Positions 27,861-38,098 of a DNA stretch of 64,000 nt are shown piece after piece; position 1 is the stretch's first letter; the number at the start of each line of letters is the position of its first letter. The notes under the pieces are model-generated. The model was not told where the DNA came from and did no database searches. It worked only from the letters and a program-made list of their open reading frames with translations. The position numbers and the translations under genes are program-made. The stretch is taken from contig CAVTHO010000003.1 of assembly GCA_963734545.1 (NCBI GenBank), positions 160,001 to 224,000 of the forward strand. The letters run 5' to 3'. This DNA is from an uncultured Spirochaetota bacterium (GTDB taxonomy: Bacteria > Spirochaetota > Spirochaetia > SZUA-6 > Fen-1364).

Positions 27861-28820
27861 TTGGCCATGATTTCGCTCCTTGATGTGCAGCGCGCGAAGG
27901 CGGCAATCACGCCCTACGTGAGGCGCACGGCTCTCGAGAAGAACTCCACTCTCAGTCAGCAGCTCGGTACGAATGTCTATCTGAAGCTCGAGCTGTTCCA
28001 GCGCACTGGTTCCTTCAAGCCGAGGGGCGCGTTTGCCCAGGTCCTGAACCTGACGCAGGCGCAGCGGAACAGGGGAGTTGTCGGTGTCAGCGGCGGCAAC
28101 TTTGCCCAAGGGATGGCGATCGCGGCCCGCGAGCTGAACTGCCGGGCTGTTGTGTGCATGCCCGCGTCAACGCCTCGAAACTACATCGAAGCAGCCGAAG
28201 CCTACGGTGCAAAGGTAGACCTCTCGCCAACATTCGCCGGGATCTTCGAGCGGGCAGACCAATACGCGCGAGATGGATGGAGCCTCCTTCACCCCTTCGA
28301 CAACCCGCAGCAGATGGCCGGCGCCGGAACAATCGGCCTGGAGATCGTGGAGGACCTGCCTTCAGTCACTGACGTACTGATCAGCATCGGCGGCGGCGGG
28401 CTGTACGCCGGGATAGCTGTAGCATTGACTGGCCTGAAGCCCAGCGTGCGGGTCTGGGGCGTGGAAACAGTGGGATCCGAAACGATGGGTGCGTCCTTGG
28501 CAGCCGGCAGGATCGTCGAGATCGAGCCGAAGTCTCTGGCGAAAACCCTGGGATCTCCCTACGTCGCCAAGGATGCCTTCGAGATCATGCAACGCAACCC
28601 CGAGCGGTACGTAGCGGTGACTGACAGGGAAGCGTTTGAGGCCGGCGTGTTCCTGCTGGAACGCGCCAAGCTGAACACTGAGCTGGCAGCTTCCTGCACC
28701 CTGGCAGCAGCTCGCCGTATCTCAAAGAGCTTTGGCCCAGAGGATCATGTGGTCTTGCTCATCTGTGGCGGAAACAACTCCCTGGAGAACTGGCTGCACT
28801 ATCGCGAGGTTCTCACCTGA
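27861..28820 (+). CDS. PLP-dependent threonine/serine dehydratase family protein
   Basis: LKLELFQRTGSFKPRG, SGGNFAQG, HPFD, IGGGGL and ICGGN. Confidence 0.9.
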   Translation: MAMISLLDVQRAKAAITPYVRRTALEKNSTLSQQLGTNVYLKLELFQRTGSFKPRGAFAQVLNLTQAQRNRGVVGVSGGNFAQGMAIAARELNCRAVVCMPASTPRNYIEAAEAYGAKVDLSPTFAGIFERADQYARDGWSLLHPFDNPQQMAGAGTIGLEIVEDLPSVTDVLISIGGGGLYAGIAVALTGLKPSVRVWGVETVGSETMGASLAAGRIVEIEPKSLAKTLGSPYVAKDAFEIMQRNPERYVAVTDREAFEAGVFLLERAKLNTELAASCTLAAARRISKSFGPEDHVVLLICGGNNSLENWLHYREVLT

Positions 28821-28874
28821 CTCGAACCGCGTCAATATCTAGGCAAATCCTTGTCACCGGTAAGGAGAACGATT

Positions 28875-29378
28875 GTGCAGCAGTTCCGTGTGGAGCCGGA
28901 AGACGACACCGGCAGCGTCATGCAGTTCCTGGAAGACAGGATCTACGAGTACAACTCGAAGGAAACCGGAAGGGATGATGGCCGGCTCTTCTCAAGAGTT
29001 GTCCGGGATACCAAAGGGGACATCGTTGGCGGCGTTGCCGGATGGACGTGGGCGGCTGTCTGTGAGATCACGCAGCTTTGGGTGAGCCAGAGCGTGCGCA
29101 ACAAGGGAATCGGAAAATTGCTCCTCCAGGCAGCGGAAGGCGAAGCGAGGGAGAAGAATTGCACGAAGGTTCTCGTGAGAACCTACAGCTTTCAGGCACC
29201 GCGGTTCTATGAGAAGCACGGGTACAATATAGAACAAGTCACTGAGAACTTCCCCGAAGGTCACCGTTACTACACTCTTATGAAAGCCAATCTGACCCCG
29301 CGCAGTGCCGGCTTGATCGGTCACAAATCCTCGAGAAACCTCAGCACGCGATCCAGCATTGAAGCCGCCGACGCCTGA
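28875..29378 (+). CDS. GNAT family N-acetyltransferase
   Basis: LWVSQSVRNKGIGKLLL and TYSFQAPRFYEKHGY. Confidence 0.88.
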   Translation: MQQFRVEPEDDTGSVMQFLEDRIYEYNSKETGRDDGRLFSRVVRDTKGDIVGGVAGWTWAAVCEITQLWVSQSVRNKGIGKLLLQAAEGEAREKNCTKVLVRTYSFQAPRFYEKHGYNIEQVTENFPEGHRYYTLMKANLTPRSAGLIGHKSSRNLSTRSSIEAADA

Positions 29379-29899
29379 TCGTAGTCACTTGTATCTTCAT
29401 CCGCGAATAGGTGCCCGGACCCAGCGTAAGAATGCACTGCGCAGGGCTGTCCCGCCTCACGGACAGCTTCCGACAGGGCTGCTACCTGTGCCGCCTCGAC
29501 CCAAGGATCGCCAACCGCGTAGTGTATCTGAACGGGAACGGACGGCCACTTTCCTACGCCCATCATCGCCAGAGGAAGTGCCCCGTGCATGAGAATGGCA
29601 CCGCGTGCCCCTGGCCGCGTGGCGGCGAGATACTGGGCTGACGAAGATCCCATTGAAAATCCTGCGTAGACGACTTGCTTCGGCAGATCAGCGACTGATT
29701 CCTGCGCACGCCCGATCAGGGCGGGAATGCCGATTGCATCGCGTCGCGCAACGCCGTCGTTGAGATCGTTGAACACGTCGCCATCGAAGAAGTCTGGCGT
29801 ATATACCGAATGACCGGCGGAACGCAATTGATCGGCAAATTTGCGAACCGCGGGCCGAAGCCCGAGGGCGGAATGAAAGAGAACGACTGTCTCCGGCAT
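29321..29899 (-). CDS. Dienelactone hydrolase family protein
   Basis: LFHSALG, TPDFF, GFSMG and YAGSGHLFAD. Confidence 0.85.
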   Translation of the reverse strand: MPETVVLFHSALGLRPAVRKFADQLRSAGHSVYTPDFFDGDVFNDLNDGVARRDAIGIPALIGRAQESVADLPKQVVYAGFSMGSSSAQYLAATRPGARGAILMHGALPLAMMGVGKWPSVPVQIHYAVGDPWVEAAQVAALSEAVREAGQPCAVHSYAGSGHLFADEDTSDYDQASAASMLDRVLRFLEDL

Positions 29900-29913
29900 G
29901 ATGGTCTCCTTGC

Positions 29914-29949
29914 TGTACACTGTACAATATATATTGGACGTTGTCCAGC
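29914..29949. promoter_or_regulatory. Putative TetR operator pair in the divergent promoter
   Basis: CTGTACACTGTACAA-TATATA-TTGGACGTTGTCCAG imperfect inverted arrangement. Confidence 0.5.
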
Positions 29950-29969
29950 ACTTTCTATAGACTCTTGCC

Positions 29970-30665
29970 ATGAGGCAAAAAGGTCATCCGAAGCGAGCAC
30001 CAGGGGAACGCGCCGGAATCCAAGTCGATTCCGTCTTGGCAGCCGCACTCGCGGTATACGCACGCGAAGGACTCAGCGGCCTGACTATGCGCGCCGTAGC
30101 AAAGGAACTCGATGTCGCTCCAAATGCACTCTATAGCCATGTAAAAAGCAAGGAGCATCTCGTGGACGCTGTGATCGATGCGTTGATGGGCGACGTAGAG
30201 ATTCCAGACCAGTCGATTGAATGGCGCGAGGCTCTCTTTCGACTTATGTGGACATCGCGGACCGTTTTGCTCCAGCATGCCGACCTCATGCCCCTGTTCC
30301 TTTCAAGGCCTGCACGCGGACCCACCGCCCTCCGTCTAGGTGAAGCCACACTTCGATTTCTATCCCGCGGCGGCATACGGGATGAGGCCGCAGTATCCGC
30401 CCTGCGTATCCTTCTTGTGTATACGATTGGTTTTGCGGCGCAAGAAGCGCCACGTCGCGATGACCCGACAAATAGTGAGCGGCTGGCGGAGACGACCAGG
30501 GTCTACAGTAATGCCCATGATCAACCCCACATGCAGGCGCTGGCGGCAACGCTCGCCAGGCATCCGGATGACAGCACCTTCGAGACGGGACTGAATTGGC
30601 TGATCGATGGCATCTCAAACGCCATCGGCCGGAAGAACGCGCCATACAACAAATCGTTGCAGTAG
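29970..30665 (+). CDS. TetR family regulator (TetR_C type)
   Basis: GLSGLTMRAVAKELDVAPNALYSHVKSKE and FETGLNWLIDG; the stop lies inside the next attC. Confidence 0.9.
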   Translation: MRQKGHPKRAPGERAGIQVDSVLAAALAVYAREGLSGLTMRAVAKELDVAPNALYSHVKSKEHLVDAVIDALMGDVEIPDQSIEWREALFRLMWTSRTVLLQHADLMPLFLSRPARGPTALRLGEATLRFLSRGGIRDEAAVSALRILLVYTIGFAAQEAPRRDDPTNSERLAETTRVYSNAHDQPHMQALAATLARHPDDSTFETGLNWLIDGISNAIGRKNAPYNKSLQ

Positions 30666-30683
30666 TCGCCTTCGAGGCCGTCT
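30644..30683 (+). repeat. Truncated attC (left half only)
   Basis: ACAACAAATCGTTGCAGTAGTCGCCTT...AGGCCGTCT, near-identical to the left arm at 27669. Confidence 0.7.
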
Positions 30684-30805
30684 ATGTCCGGCTATCGAGT
30701 GCTGCAATGGATACCGATGCCCGCGGCCGGCGTTGACAGCCCACAGAGCCAATGGCAGACTCCCATGAGTCGCGGCCGTAGTTGTCATAGAAAAAGGAGA
30801 GATCC

Positions 30806-31661
30806 ATGAAAGTCACCATCATAGGCCTGTCAATCATTTTGTCCATTTCGGGCACGTCCCTTCAAGCGCAGAGCTTCGTTGAGACGTATGGGGTCCCTTA
30901 TCAGGGTCATTGGTGGCAGAGAACTTCAGATGGACATTCAGAGACCTCAACCCGTGGGCGTTGCGAAGCCGGCAATTGTGTTTCTTTGCGGCAACGGTTG
31001 GGGATACGATAAGACTCTGAACCGGGAGGGATTCTGGTACGCCCTGGATCTGGCCAATCAAAAGGGATATGTCGCCGTCACTGTGGATTACAGTGCCTCG
31101 GTAGAGAACTCCAACCGCCGACCTATCGGGATCTTCCCTGCGCAAATCCATGACGTCAAAAGTGCCATACGGTTTCTCAGGGCAAACGCAGCGCAGTATG
31201 ACATCGATCCAGCCCGCATTGGGGTTGTTGGCTTCTCATCAGGAGGAAACCTGGCGCTGCTGCTCGGGCTGACGGTTCCGGCGGATGGGCTCGAAGGGCA
31301 GGACGACAATCTCCAGTACTCCAGCTCCGTGCAAGCCGTTGTCAATCTCTCGGGTGCAACGGACCTCGTGAGTTGGAACAGGGAGCCATATGTCAGTGCG
31401 TATTTGGGGGGCTCTCTTCAGGCAAAGCCTGAACAGTACAAGAAGGCTAGTCCTATCAACTATGTCAAACCGGGCAGAGCACCGATTTTGACCATCCATG
31501 GGGACAAGGATACCTCCGTCTCCCCGGATCAGGCGCTGCTGCTTGACGCACGAATGAAAGAAGCGGGCGCGCCTCACACTCTGATAATTGAAAGCGGCCG
31601 TGGTCACACCGACGAGTTGGATCAGGCCGTTTGGGATTTCCTGGAGAAGGCGCTCAAGTAG
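30806..31661 (+). CDS. Secreted alpha/beta hydrolase (BD-FAE/esterase-like); frameshift near 30900
   Basis: Signal peptide in one frame; FPAQIHDVKSA, GFSSGG, HGDKD and GRGH in another. Confidence 0.8.
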
Positions 31662-31841
31662 CCGGCCTGCAGTGGACAACAGCTTAGGCGAGAGAGACCA
31701 GGGTTCAAAGTTGAAGTGCAATAGTCTTGAGCTCCGATAATCCTCCTAGGTTGTGATCTCATCCGAAAAGTCCAATTGCCGAGGGGCAGGTGCGATGGTA
31801 TAGTACTCTGAGAAAAGGGCAGATTCAAAAAGGAGCGAATC

Positions 31842-32912
31842 ATGGGTAGGCACCAAAATGGATCGACAGCGGGCTGCCCGCTGCGGTTCCCGGTCCTGTT
31901 GCTGGCATTCGTGGTCCTGGCAGGCGGCACTGCCCTGGCCCAACAGAATTCCCAGCCGTCCGGCAACGCCACAGACAGAGTCATCTACAACGCCGGATGG
32001 TACCTGAACGGATCCCTGCAGATCCCCTGCTATTGGGCAGGTACCCGCCGCATCGACCTCGCGGGAGACGGCGTGCACGACGCCAGGGCGCGAGCCTGCG
32101 CTGTCTCGGAAGGGACAGTGTATAGCGCCGGGTGGTGGAACGACGGGGCCAGGGATACCGCCTGCTATTGGGCCGGCACCAGCCGCACCGATCTCACAGG
32201 AGATGAAGCCCGCGGCTCCCAGGCCACCTCCATCGCGGTCTTGGGAGACACCGTCTACACTGGCGGGCAGTGGAACGACGGGAACCGGTGGCAGCCCTGC
32301 TACTGGCAGGGAACCCGGCGCGTCGACCTTGACAGCACCGGTTCGCCGAACTCCGGGGTGTGGTCGATCGCTGTCTCGGGCGGTGTTGTGTACACCGCCG
32401 GATGGTGGAACGACGGAACCCGCGACATTGCCTGCTTCTGGACGGGCACCCGCCGCACCGACGTCGACGGCGGTGCCAAGGGCTCGTACGCCAATGCGAT
32501 CGCGGTTTCGAATGGGTTGGTCTACGCGGCGGGCGCGTGGGACTGGGACGGGAAGGCGTCGAAAGCCTGCTACTGGGTCGGCAAGAAGCGCACCAATATC
32601 GCCAGCACGGGCGGAGCGTGGGCCATCAGCGTGTCGAAAGGCGTTGTCTCTGTCGCCGGTTACACGAATGAGCAGGACAGGTGGATTCCCTGGCTCTGGG
32701 CGAAGGGCGCCCGGACCGACCTGGGGGACGGCGTCCACCCCGGATTTGTATGCTCCAGTTCCTTCACGGCAGGGATCTTCTGCCCTTCCGGGTTCTGCTG
32801 GGACGGAACCAGGAACGTGGCCTGCTACTGGATGGAAACCTACCGCGTGGACCTGGACGGTGGCGACGGCGGTTCGATGGCAGGTGCGCCGGCCTTTTTC
32901 ACCGGCAAATAG
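31842..32912 (+). CDS. Secreted Trp-rich repeat protein (probable beta-propeller)
   Basis: Signal peptide followed by about 7 repeats VY.AGWWNDG....ACYW.GT.R.DL. Confidence 0.75.
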   Translation: MGRHQNGSTAGCPLRFPVLLLAFVVLAGGTALAQQNSQPSGNATDRVIYNAGWYLNGSLQIPCYWAGTRRIDLAGDGVHDARARACAVSEGTVYSAGWWNDGARDTACYWAGTSRTDLTGDEARGSQATSIAVLGDTVYTGGQWNDGNRWQPCYWQGTRRVDLDSTGSPNSGVWSIAVSGGVVYTAGWWNDGTRDIACFWTGTRRTDVDGGAKGSYANAIAVSNGLVYAAGAWDWDGKASKACYWVGKKRTNIASTGGAWAISVSKGVVSVAGYTNEQDRWIPWLWAKGARTDLGDGVHPGFVCSSSFTAGIFCPSGFCWDGTRNVACYWMETYRVDLDGGDGGSMAGAPAFFTGK

Positions 32913-32976
32913 AAACAGCGCATTTAAGACCCTGAGTGCTCGGACGAGGCGACTGACGGGTTAAGGAGGTTACATC

Positions 32977-34302
32977 TTGAAGAAGAATGCAACAATCCTG
33001 ACAGTCCTTGTCTTATTCATTGCAGGAGTATCTCCATTCGGCTGTACGACACTCAATAACAAGACCGATCCGTCCGACATTCCGGCCGCCGATTTCGACC
33101 GAGTCCACGCGGTTACGCTCGACGACACCAACAAGTTTCTCATTCTTGGCAAGGCTGAGGTCGAATCGCCGGCAACCGGCCTTTCAAAGGATCTGCAACC
33201 GTTCCTGGGAAGATGGGAGGGGTTCAATACGAATCCGCCGGTTAAGAACGATCTGAGAGTAGCCCTGGTAATCCGGAGCCTCAACTATAACAGGGGAGAC
33301 GGCGTAATCTATTACGGCTACAACTTGCAGTATCCGACAAGCATAAAGAATATTCATTTCGAAGTTTCAAGAAACGACGGGGTATCGCTTGAGGCGCCGC
33401 TGGAGTCCGGAATAAAGGCGGGAATGGAAAGCTACATCCGGCTTCAATACCAAGCCGAAACAGACCGGCTGACAGGCGTCATTGCACTTGGAAGCGGAAA
33501 GGCAAACTACGTCGGAAGCGCAGGCGTCGATTCTCTTGAGCTGAGCAGGGACAGGTCATTCTACGTCTACAAGGATTACCGGGCATACCTTGCCGGCCTC
33601 AGGATACATGCTGAGAGTTACAAGAATACGGAATTGAACAACTACGGAAATGGCTATTTGATATATCTTCCGGAAGGGTACGAGGATAACACCAGCCAAA
33701 CGTGGCCCCTGCTGTTCTTCCTCCATGGCATGGGCGACCGCGGAAACAATGTATTCATTCTTGCCAAGGCAAGCCCCTTTAAGATGATAAGGGAGAAGGG
33801 GCCGCTTCCCTTCATCATAGTCGCACCGCTCCTGTCTGATTCTCCAGACTTCTTCTCTTTTCCCGGGAAATACCTCGAAGGGGTTCTTGATGAAATTGCG
33901 AAGATCTACAGAGTTGATGAAAAGAGGGTCTATTTGACGGGATTGTCCCTGGGAGGCGAGGCGTCGTATCGCTTTGCCATGGAGCATCCGGAAAAGATCG
34001 CCGCGGTGGCCTCCCTTGGGGGATTGCTTGCGAAATACGCACCAGGTTTCTTCAGCAAGGAAGCCGCAGAGACGGCCGGCATCCCATTGAGCAGGCTCAA
34101 AGACGTCCCGTGCTGGCAAATCCACAGCGCGAACGATGCAATCGTCCCTCTTGATGTCGCAAAAAGAACGGTGGCAGATTTCGCCCAATCCGGAGTTAAA
34201 GTCAAGTTCACCGTTCTGGAGAACCACGATCACGATATCTGGAGCGACACGTACGCGGACCCCGAATTCTACAAATGGTTTCTTCAGTACAAAAAGGGGT
34301 AA
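32977..34302 (+). CDS. Lipoprotein with C-terminal alpha/beta hydrolase (esterase/peptidase)
   Basis: Lipobox PFGC; YLPEGY, LFFLHGMGD, TGLSLGG, HSAND and HDIW. Confidence 0.8.
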   Translation: MKKNATILTVLVLFIAGVSPFGCTTLNNKTDPSDIPAADFDRVHAVTLDDTNKFLILGKAEVESPATGLSKDLQPFLGRWEGFNTNPPVKNDLRVALVIRSLNYNRGDGVIYYGYNLQYPTSIKNIHFEVSRNDGVSLEAPLESGIKAGMESYIRLQYQAETDRLTGVIALGSGKANYVGSAGVDSLELSRDRSFYVYKDYRAYLAGLRIHAESYKNTELNNYGNGYLIYLPEGYEDNTSQTWPLLFFLHGMGDRGNNVFILAKASPFKMIREKGPLPFIIVAPLLSDSPDFFSFPGKYLEGVLDEIAKIYRVDEKRVYLTGLSLGGEASYRFAMEHPEKIAAVASLGGLLAKYAPGFFSKEAAETAGIPLSRLKDVPCWQIHSANDAIVPLDVAKRTVADFAQSGVKVKFTVLENHDHDIWSDTYADPEFYKWFLQYKKG

Positions 34303-34358
34303 GAAGCTTCTATTGCAGCGCGGGTCGCGCAGATGAAATCTCTATCGACGAGGATCAT

Positions 34359-34848
34359 ATGACGAAAATCGAATTGACGAGCCCTGCTTTTGAGAACGAC
34401 GGCAGGATGCCGAGGCGGTTCGCCCGGGAAGGCGGAGATATCGCCCCGCCCGTCTCATGGGGTCCTCTGCCGGCAGGGAACGAAGAGTCTTGTCCTCATT
34501 GTCGAGGACATCGATATTCCCTCATTCTTCAAGTTGCTCTTTCCCACATGGATACACTGGGTCGTTTTCGACATCCCGGCCGATTCACGCGGCTTGCCGG
34601 AAAACATCCCCGTCGGCGCTCCCATTCCCGGCGGCGGGACGCAGGGTTGGACCTCGTTCCGGCGCCCTGGATGGGGCGGGCCTGCTCCCGTCGGTGGCGA
34701 ACACCGCTACGTGTTCAGGCTCTACGCTCTGGATTGCCTTCTTGGCATCGAGGCGAAGCGGGCGACAAAGACAGCGCTCATGTCCGTAATGGCGGGCCGA
34801 ATTATCGGACAAGGCGAGTTGGTGGGGCGATACGCGAAATCAAAATGA
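34359..34848 (+). CDS. YbhB/YbcL (PEBP) family protein; frameshift near 34478
   Basis: LTSPAFEN...PPVSW, then LIVEDID, WIHWVVFDIP, GPAP and HRYVFRLYALD. Confidence 0.85.
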
Positions 34849-34867
34849 CAGGAGTGCGCTAGTGAAG

Positions 34868-36421
34868 ATGTCCGGTATCAAGGATCAGGATTCTTCTGCA
34901 AAGTATTCCGGCCTTTTGCTGATAGGCATCATCGCTTCAATAAAATTGATTGCGCATCTGCTGACTGGAAACCAATACGGCTATTTCATCGATGAGCTTT
35001 ACACCATAGCGTGCGGCGAGCATGTGTTGAAAGGTCTGGTGGATATTCCGCCGCTGGTGCCGATCCTCTCCTGGCTTTCCGGCCATACGATGGGATACTC
35101 CCTTTTCGCCATCCATATCCTCCCGGCGATCACCGGATCCGCAACGGTATTTGTTGCCGGATTGATCACCCGGGAGCTGGGAGGAGGCCGTTTTGCTCAA
35201 GCCCTTACCGCGCTCTGTGTTGCGCTCGGACCAGTATGGCTCGCTTTCAACGCGATGTTCGCTTACGATGGTTTCGACCAGTTGTTTTCCATTCTATTCT
35301 TTTTGTTGATCATCCGTCTTCTCAAGACCGGAAATGCCAGACTCTGGATCGCGATAGGGATCATGGCCGGTATTGCGCTGATGACAAAATACACGATGCT
35401 GTTCATCGGCATTTCTCTGCTCATTTCGCTCGTCCTTACCCGGGAAAGAAAATACTTCCTGAGTCCATGGCTTTACCTGGGCGGGATCGTTTGCGGGCTT
35501 ATCGTCCTGCCCTGGATAATCTGGGAATTCAGCGCCAGGTGGCCTCTCCTGGAATACTGGTCCAATTATGCGAAATTCCGGACCTTTCATGCCTCTCCAG
35601 TCGAGTTTATCGTGATGCTGATTGTCAGCTACAATCCACTTGTCTTCCCGCTCTGGCTGGCAGGATTCTACTATTTCTTCTTTCATAAAGAAGGCCGGAC
35701 CTACCGCTTGCTGGGCTGGATTGGTGTTTTGTGCGTCGCGGTCTTGATCGTCACAAAAGCCAAGTTCTATATGGCTTCAGCCCTTATGCCCATGATGATC
35801 GCCGGAGGCGCGATTCTCATCGAAAGAAACCTGAGCAAAGGGTTTCTGAAATTCGCGCGGACAGGCTACGTGTTCCTGATTGTGTTATTGGGAATTTTCA
35901 TGATTCCCAACGGCCTGCCGGTATTTCCTCCGGATGGAATGGCCCGGTATTTTTCAAGAATTGCTTTCCTCAGCAGCACGGTGAAGACGGACAATTCCAA
36001 ACTGGACTCGCTGCCGCAGATATTTGCCGACCGCTTCGGCTGGCCCGAAAGGGTGAAAGCGGTGGCCGAAGTCTACAACAGCCTGACTCCCGAAGAGCAA
36101 TCAAGATGCATGATTTACACCGGGGACTATGGGAGCGCCGGCGCAATAGATCTTCTCGGCGGGCAATATGGACTTCCGAAAGCCGTTTCATCCCACTTAA
36201 GCTATTTCCTCTGGGGATACGGGAAGAATTCCGGAGAAATTGCAATTACCATTCAGGTACCGGGATCGAGCTTGCGCGGTATGTTCAAGGAAGTGAACCT
36301 GGCAAGGCAGTTGCACATGGACTATGTCATGCCCTGGGAAAATAATACGCCTATTTATCTGTGCCGGGGATTACGGTCTCCCATCGACCAGATCTGGATC
36401 AGAACGAAGCATTACGACTAG
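34868..36421 (+). CDS. GT-C glycosyltransferase (family 39/PMT_2, ArnT-like)
   Basis: YGYFIDELY, VDIPPL and TKYT; many TM helices; DYGSAGAID. Confidence 0.85.
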   Translation: MSGIKDQDSSAKYSGLLLIGIIASIKLIAHLLTGNQYGYFIDELYTIACGEHVLKGLVDIPPLVPILSWLSGHTMGYSLFAIHILPAITGSATVFVAGLITRELGGGRFAQALTALCVALGPVWLAFNAMFAYDGFDQLFSILFFLLIIRLLKTGNARLWIAIGIMAGIALMTKYTMLFIGISLLISLVLTRERKYFLSPWLYLGGIVCGLIVLPWIIWEFSARWPLLEYWSNYAKFRTFHASPVEFIVMLIVSYNPLVFPLWLAGFYYFFFHKEGRTYRLLGWIGVLCVAVLIVTKAKFYMASALMPMMIAGGAILIERNLSKGFLKFARTGYVFLIVLLGIFMIPNGLPVFPPDGMARYFSRIAFLSSTVKTDNSKLDSLPQIFADRFGWPERVKAVAEVYNSLTPEEQSRCMIYTGDYGSAGAIDLLGGQYGLPKAVSSHLSYFLWGYGKNSGEIAITIQVPGSSLRGMFKEVNLARQLHMDYVMPWENNTPIYLCRGLRSPIDQIWIRTKHYD

Positions 36422-36432
36422 CGATGCGTTTC

Positions 36433-37483
36433 CTATTTGCCTGGCCCGGCAAGCTCCTGCCAGACGCTGCCTTCCTTCTTGTGCAGCTCCTCCAGGCCTT
36501 TCACAACCGCCGGCACAAGCGCGCCCGGATTCGGCGCATCGAAGGCCCCCTGCGAGCGGCTTTGCCAGGGCGCGCCAGCCCTGCGCACAGGCATCCATGG
36601 CCCGGGCCGCCGCGGCATAGCCTGTGATGCCGGTCACTCCTGCCGCCTCCTCCAGGAACCGGGAATACATGAACCGGAACATTCCGCCGCCGGATCCGCC
36701 TATCTCGGAAAAGATGTAGAGGTTGAAGAGCGCCATTCGAAGCTGCTTCTTGTCCAGCACTGACGGCCACTGCTTCACGCGCGCGGCCGCTGTACGGATC
36801 CCTGCCACGCCGAGATTCTGAATCGGAGCGTCAAGCATGTCGTGCGCGCACTGGGAAATCGAGTCGCGTACGTCCTGTTTCGCGGGAGGGTGGGCCGCGC
36901 TGAAGTCGAAGGTGAACCAGCAGTTTGCCGGCGGGAAGGGTTTGAACTTGGAGCCGCGCGCCTTCGCAAGCTGGTCCATGCCCAGCGGTGCAAGGATGCC
37001 GTCCTTGTATCCGGTTTGGCGTGGAGCCATGTCAGAGATCAGCACCTGGCGCGCTGCCGCATCGTATCCGCAGACAACTACGACATGGCCCCCGAAATGC
37101 GCCTCTTCGGGCAGGCCGAGATAGGTCAGGAACGGCATATCAGCCTGGATCGCCACGGGCTGCCCGGCCTCCAGAAGTGAGACGAGCTCTTTTTCGGCGG
37201 TCTTTGCGCTTGACGTGCGGTGGTCCGTGATCAGGATTCCCGTGCGCCGCGACAGATCCTGGTGGAAGCTCTTGTTGTTGCCGCGGCCGCCCAGCATCGG
37301 GACCTGGCCCTTCATGTGCCAGTAGATGAATCCGACTCCGGCCCCCAGCCCGAGCAGCATCTCCTCGCTGACCGCGTACCCGTTGAATGCGCATATCTTG
37401 CGGAATGACGACGTGACGCAGTGGCACCCGGGGAGTGATGTGAATCCGGCTAAGGGCGTGACCTGGCTCAGTGTGGTTTTCAT
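36433..37483 (-). CDS. BtrH N-terminal / DUF4872 family protein (papain-like fold); C-terminal frameshift near 36545
   Basis: HCVTSS, SEEMLLGLGAG, HFGGHVVVVCGYD, ISD and GSGGGMFRFMYSRFLEE. Confidence 0.75.
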
Positions 37484-38037
37484 TCTTCCTTCCTTTCATT
37501 CAGGTATTTTTCAACCCAGGAGATCTCCGCGTCGATCAACGCGAGGCTTCGCTCAAAAAGGGCTTCTGCATGAGCGGGGAGGTGTGCGTCCGCCTGGCGA
37601 TCGCTTGCCCACTTGGCCTGCACCTGCCTGCGGCGGGCGTGCAGGCCATCCCGGTATGCGGAAATGGCTGCACGGGCCTCTATGGGCGGCAGGATCGGCA
37701 GATTTCCAAGCCCCAGGTCAAAGTCAGCGCTGCGCGATCGAGGCCGGGCCAGTCTCTGTTGCACCGCTTCCCGCAGCGCATCCCGGCCCGTCTCCGTCAT
37801 GCTGAAGACTTTGCGCGCCGGGCCGCCGCGGCCCGGTCCTTCCTGGGCAGTCGTCACCGTGCCTGCGATCCAGCCGGCCCCCTCGATCTTGTTGAGAATA
37901 TGATAGATGGAAGAGAATCCTATCTCTGTCCAGTTACGCATGCCGCGAGACTCGATGTCCTGCTCGATCTGGTACCCGTGCTTGGGCTGTTCGGCCACCA
38001 GTCCCAGGATGGCCAGCTCGTTGTTTGTCATCGCCAC
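37480..38037 (-). CDS. PadR family regulator
   Basis: ILGLVAEQPKHGYQI, SIYHILNKIE and RKVFSMTETGR. Confidence 0.9.
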   Translation of the reverse strand: MAMTNNELAILGLVAEQPKHGYQIEQDIESRGMRNWTEIGFSSIYHILNKIEGAGWIAGTVTTAQEGPGRGGPARKVFSMTETGRDALREAVQQRLARPRSRSADFDLGLGNLPILPPIEARAAISAYRDGLHARRRQVQAKWASDRQADAHLPAHAEALFERSLALIDAEISWVEKYLNERKEE

Positions 38038-38083
38038 TATTCTCTTATGAGAGTACTATAGCATGAGAATAGTGAGGTGTCAA
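38035..38083 (-). promoter_or_regulatory. padR promoter with overlapping inverted repeat
   Basis: Minus strand TTGACA-17-TATAGT; inverted repeat CACTATTCTC...GAGAATAGTG (38035-38074). Confidence 0.75.
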
Positions 38084-38098
38084 GAACATTCCTGATGT

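Noticed and set aside
25287-30683. Repeats as a CRISPR array
   Set aside because: Copies are kilobases apart and separated by genes, and there are no cas genes; the structure fits attC
31662-31720. Possible further attC after the esterase gene
   Set aside because: Only short TGCAGT and TTAGGC fragments, with no paired R/L boxes
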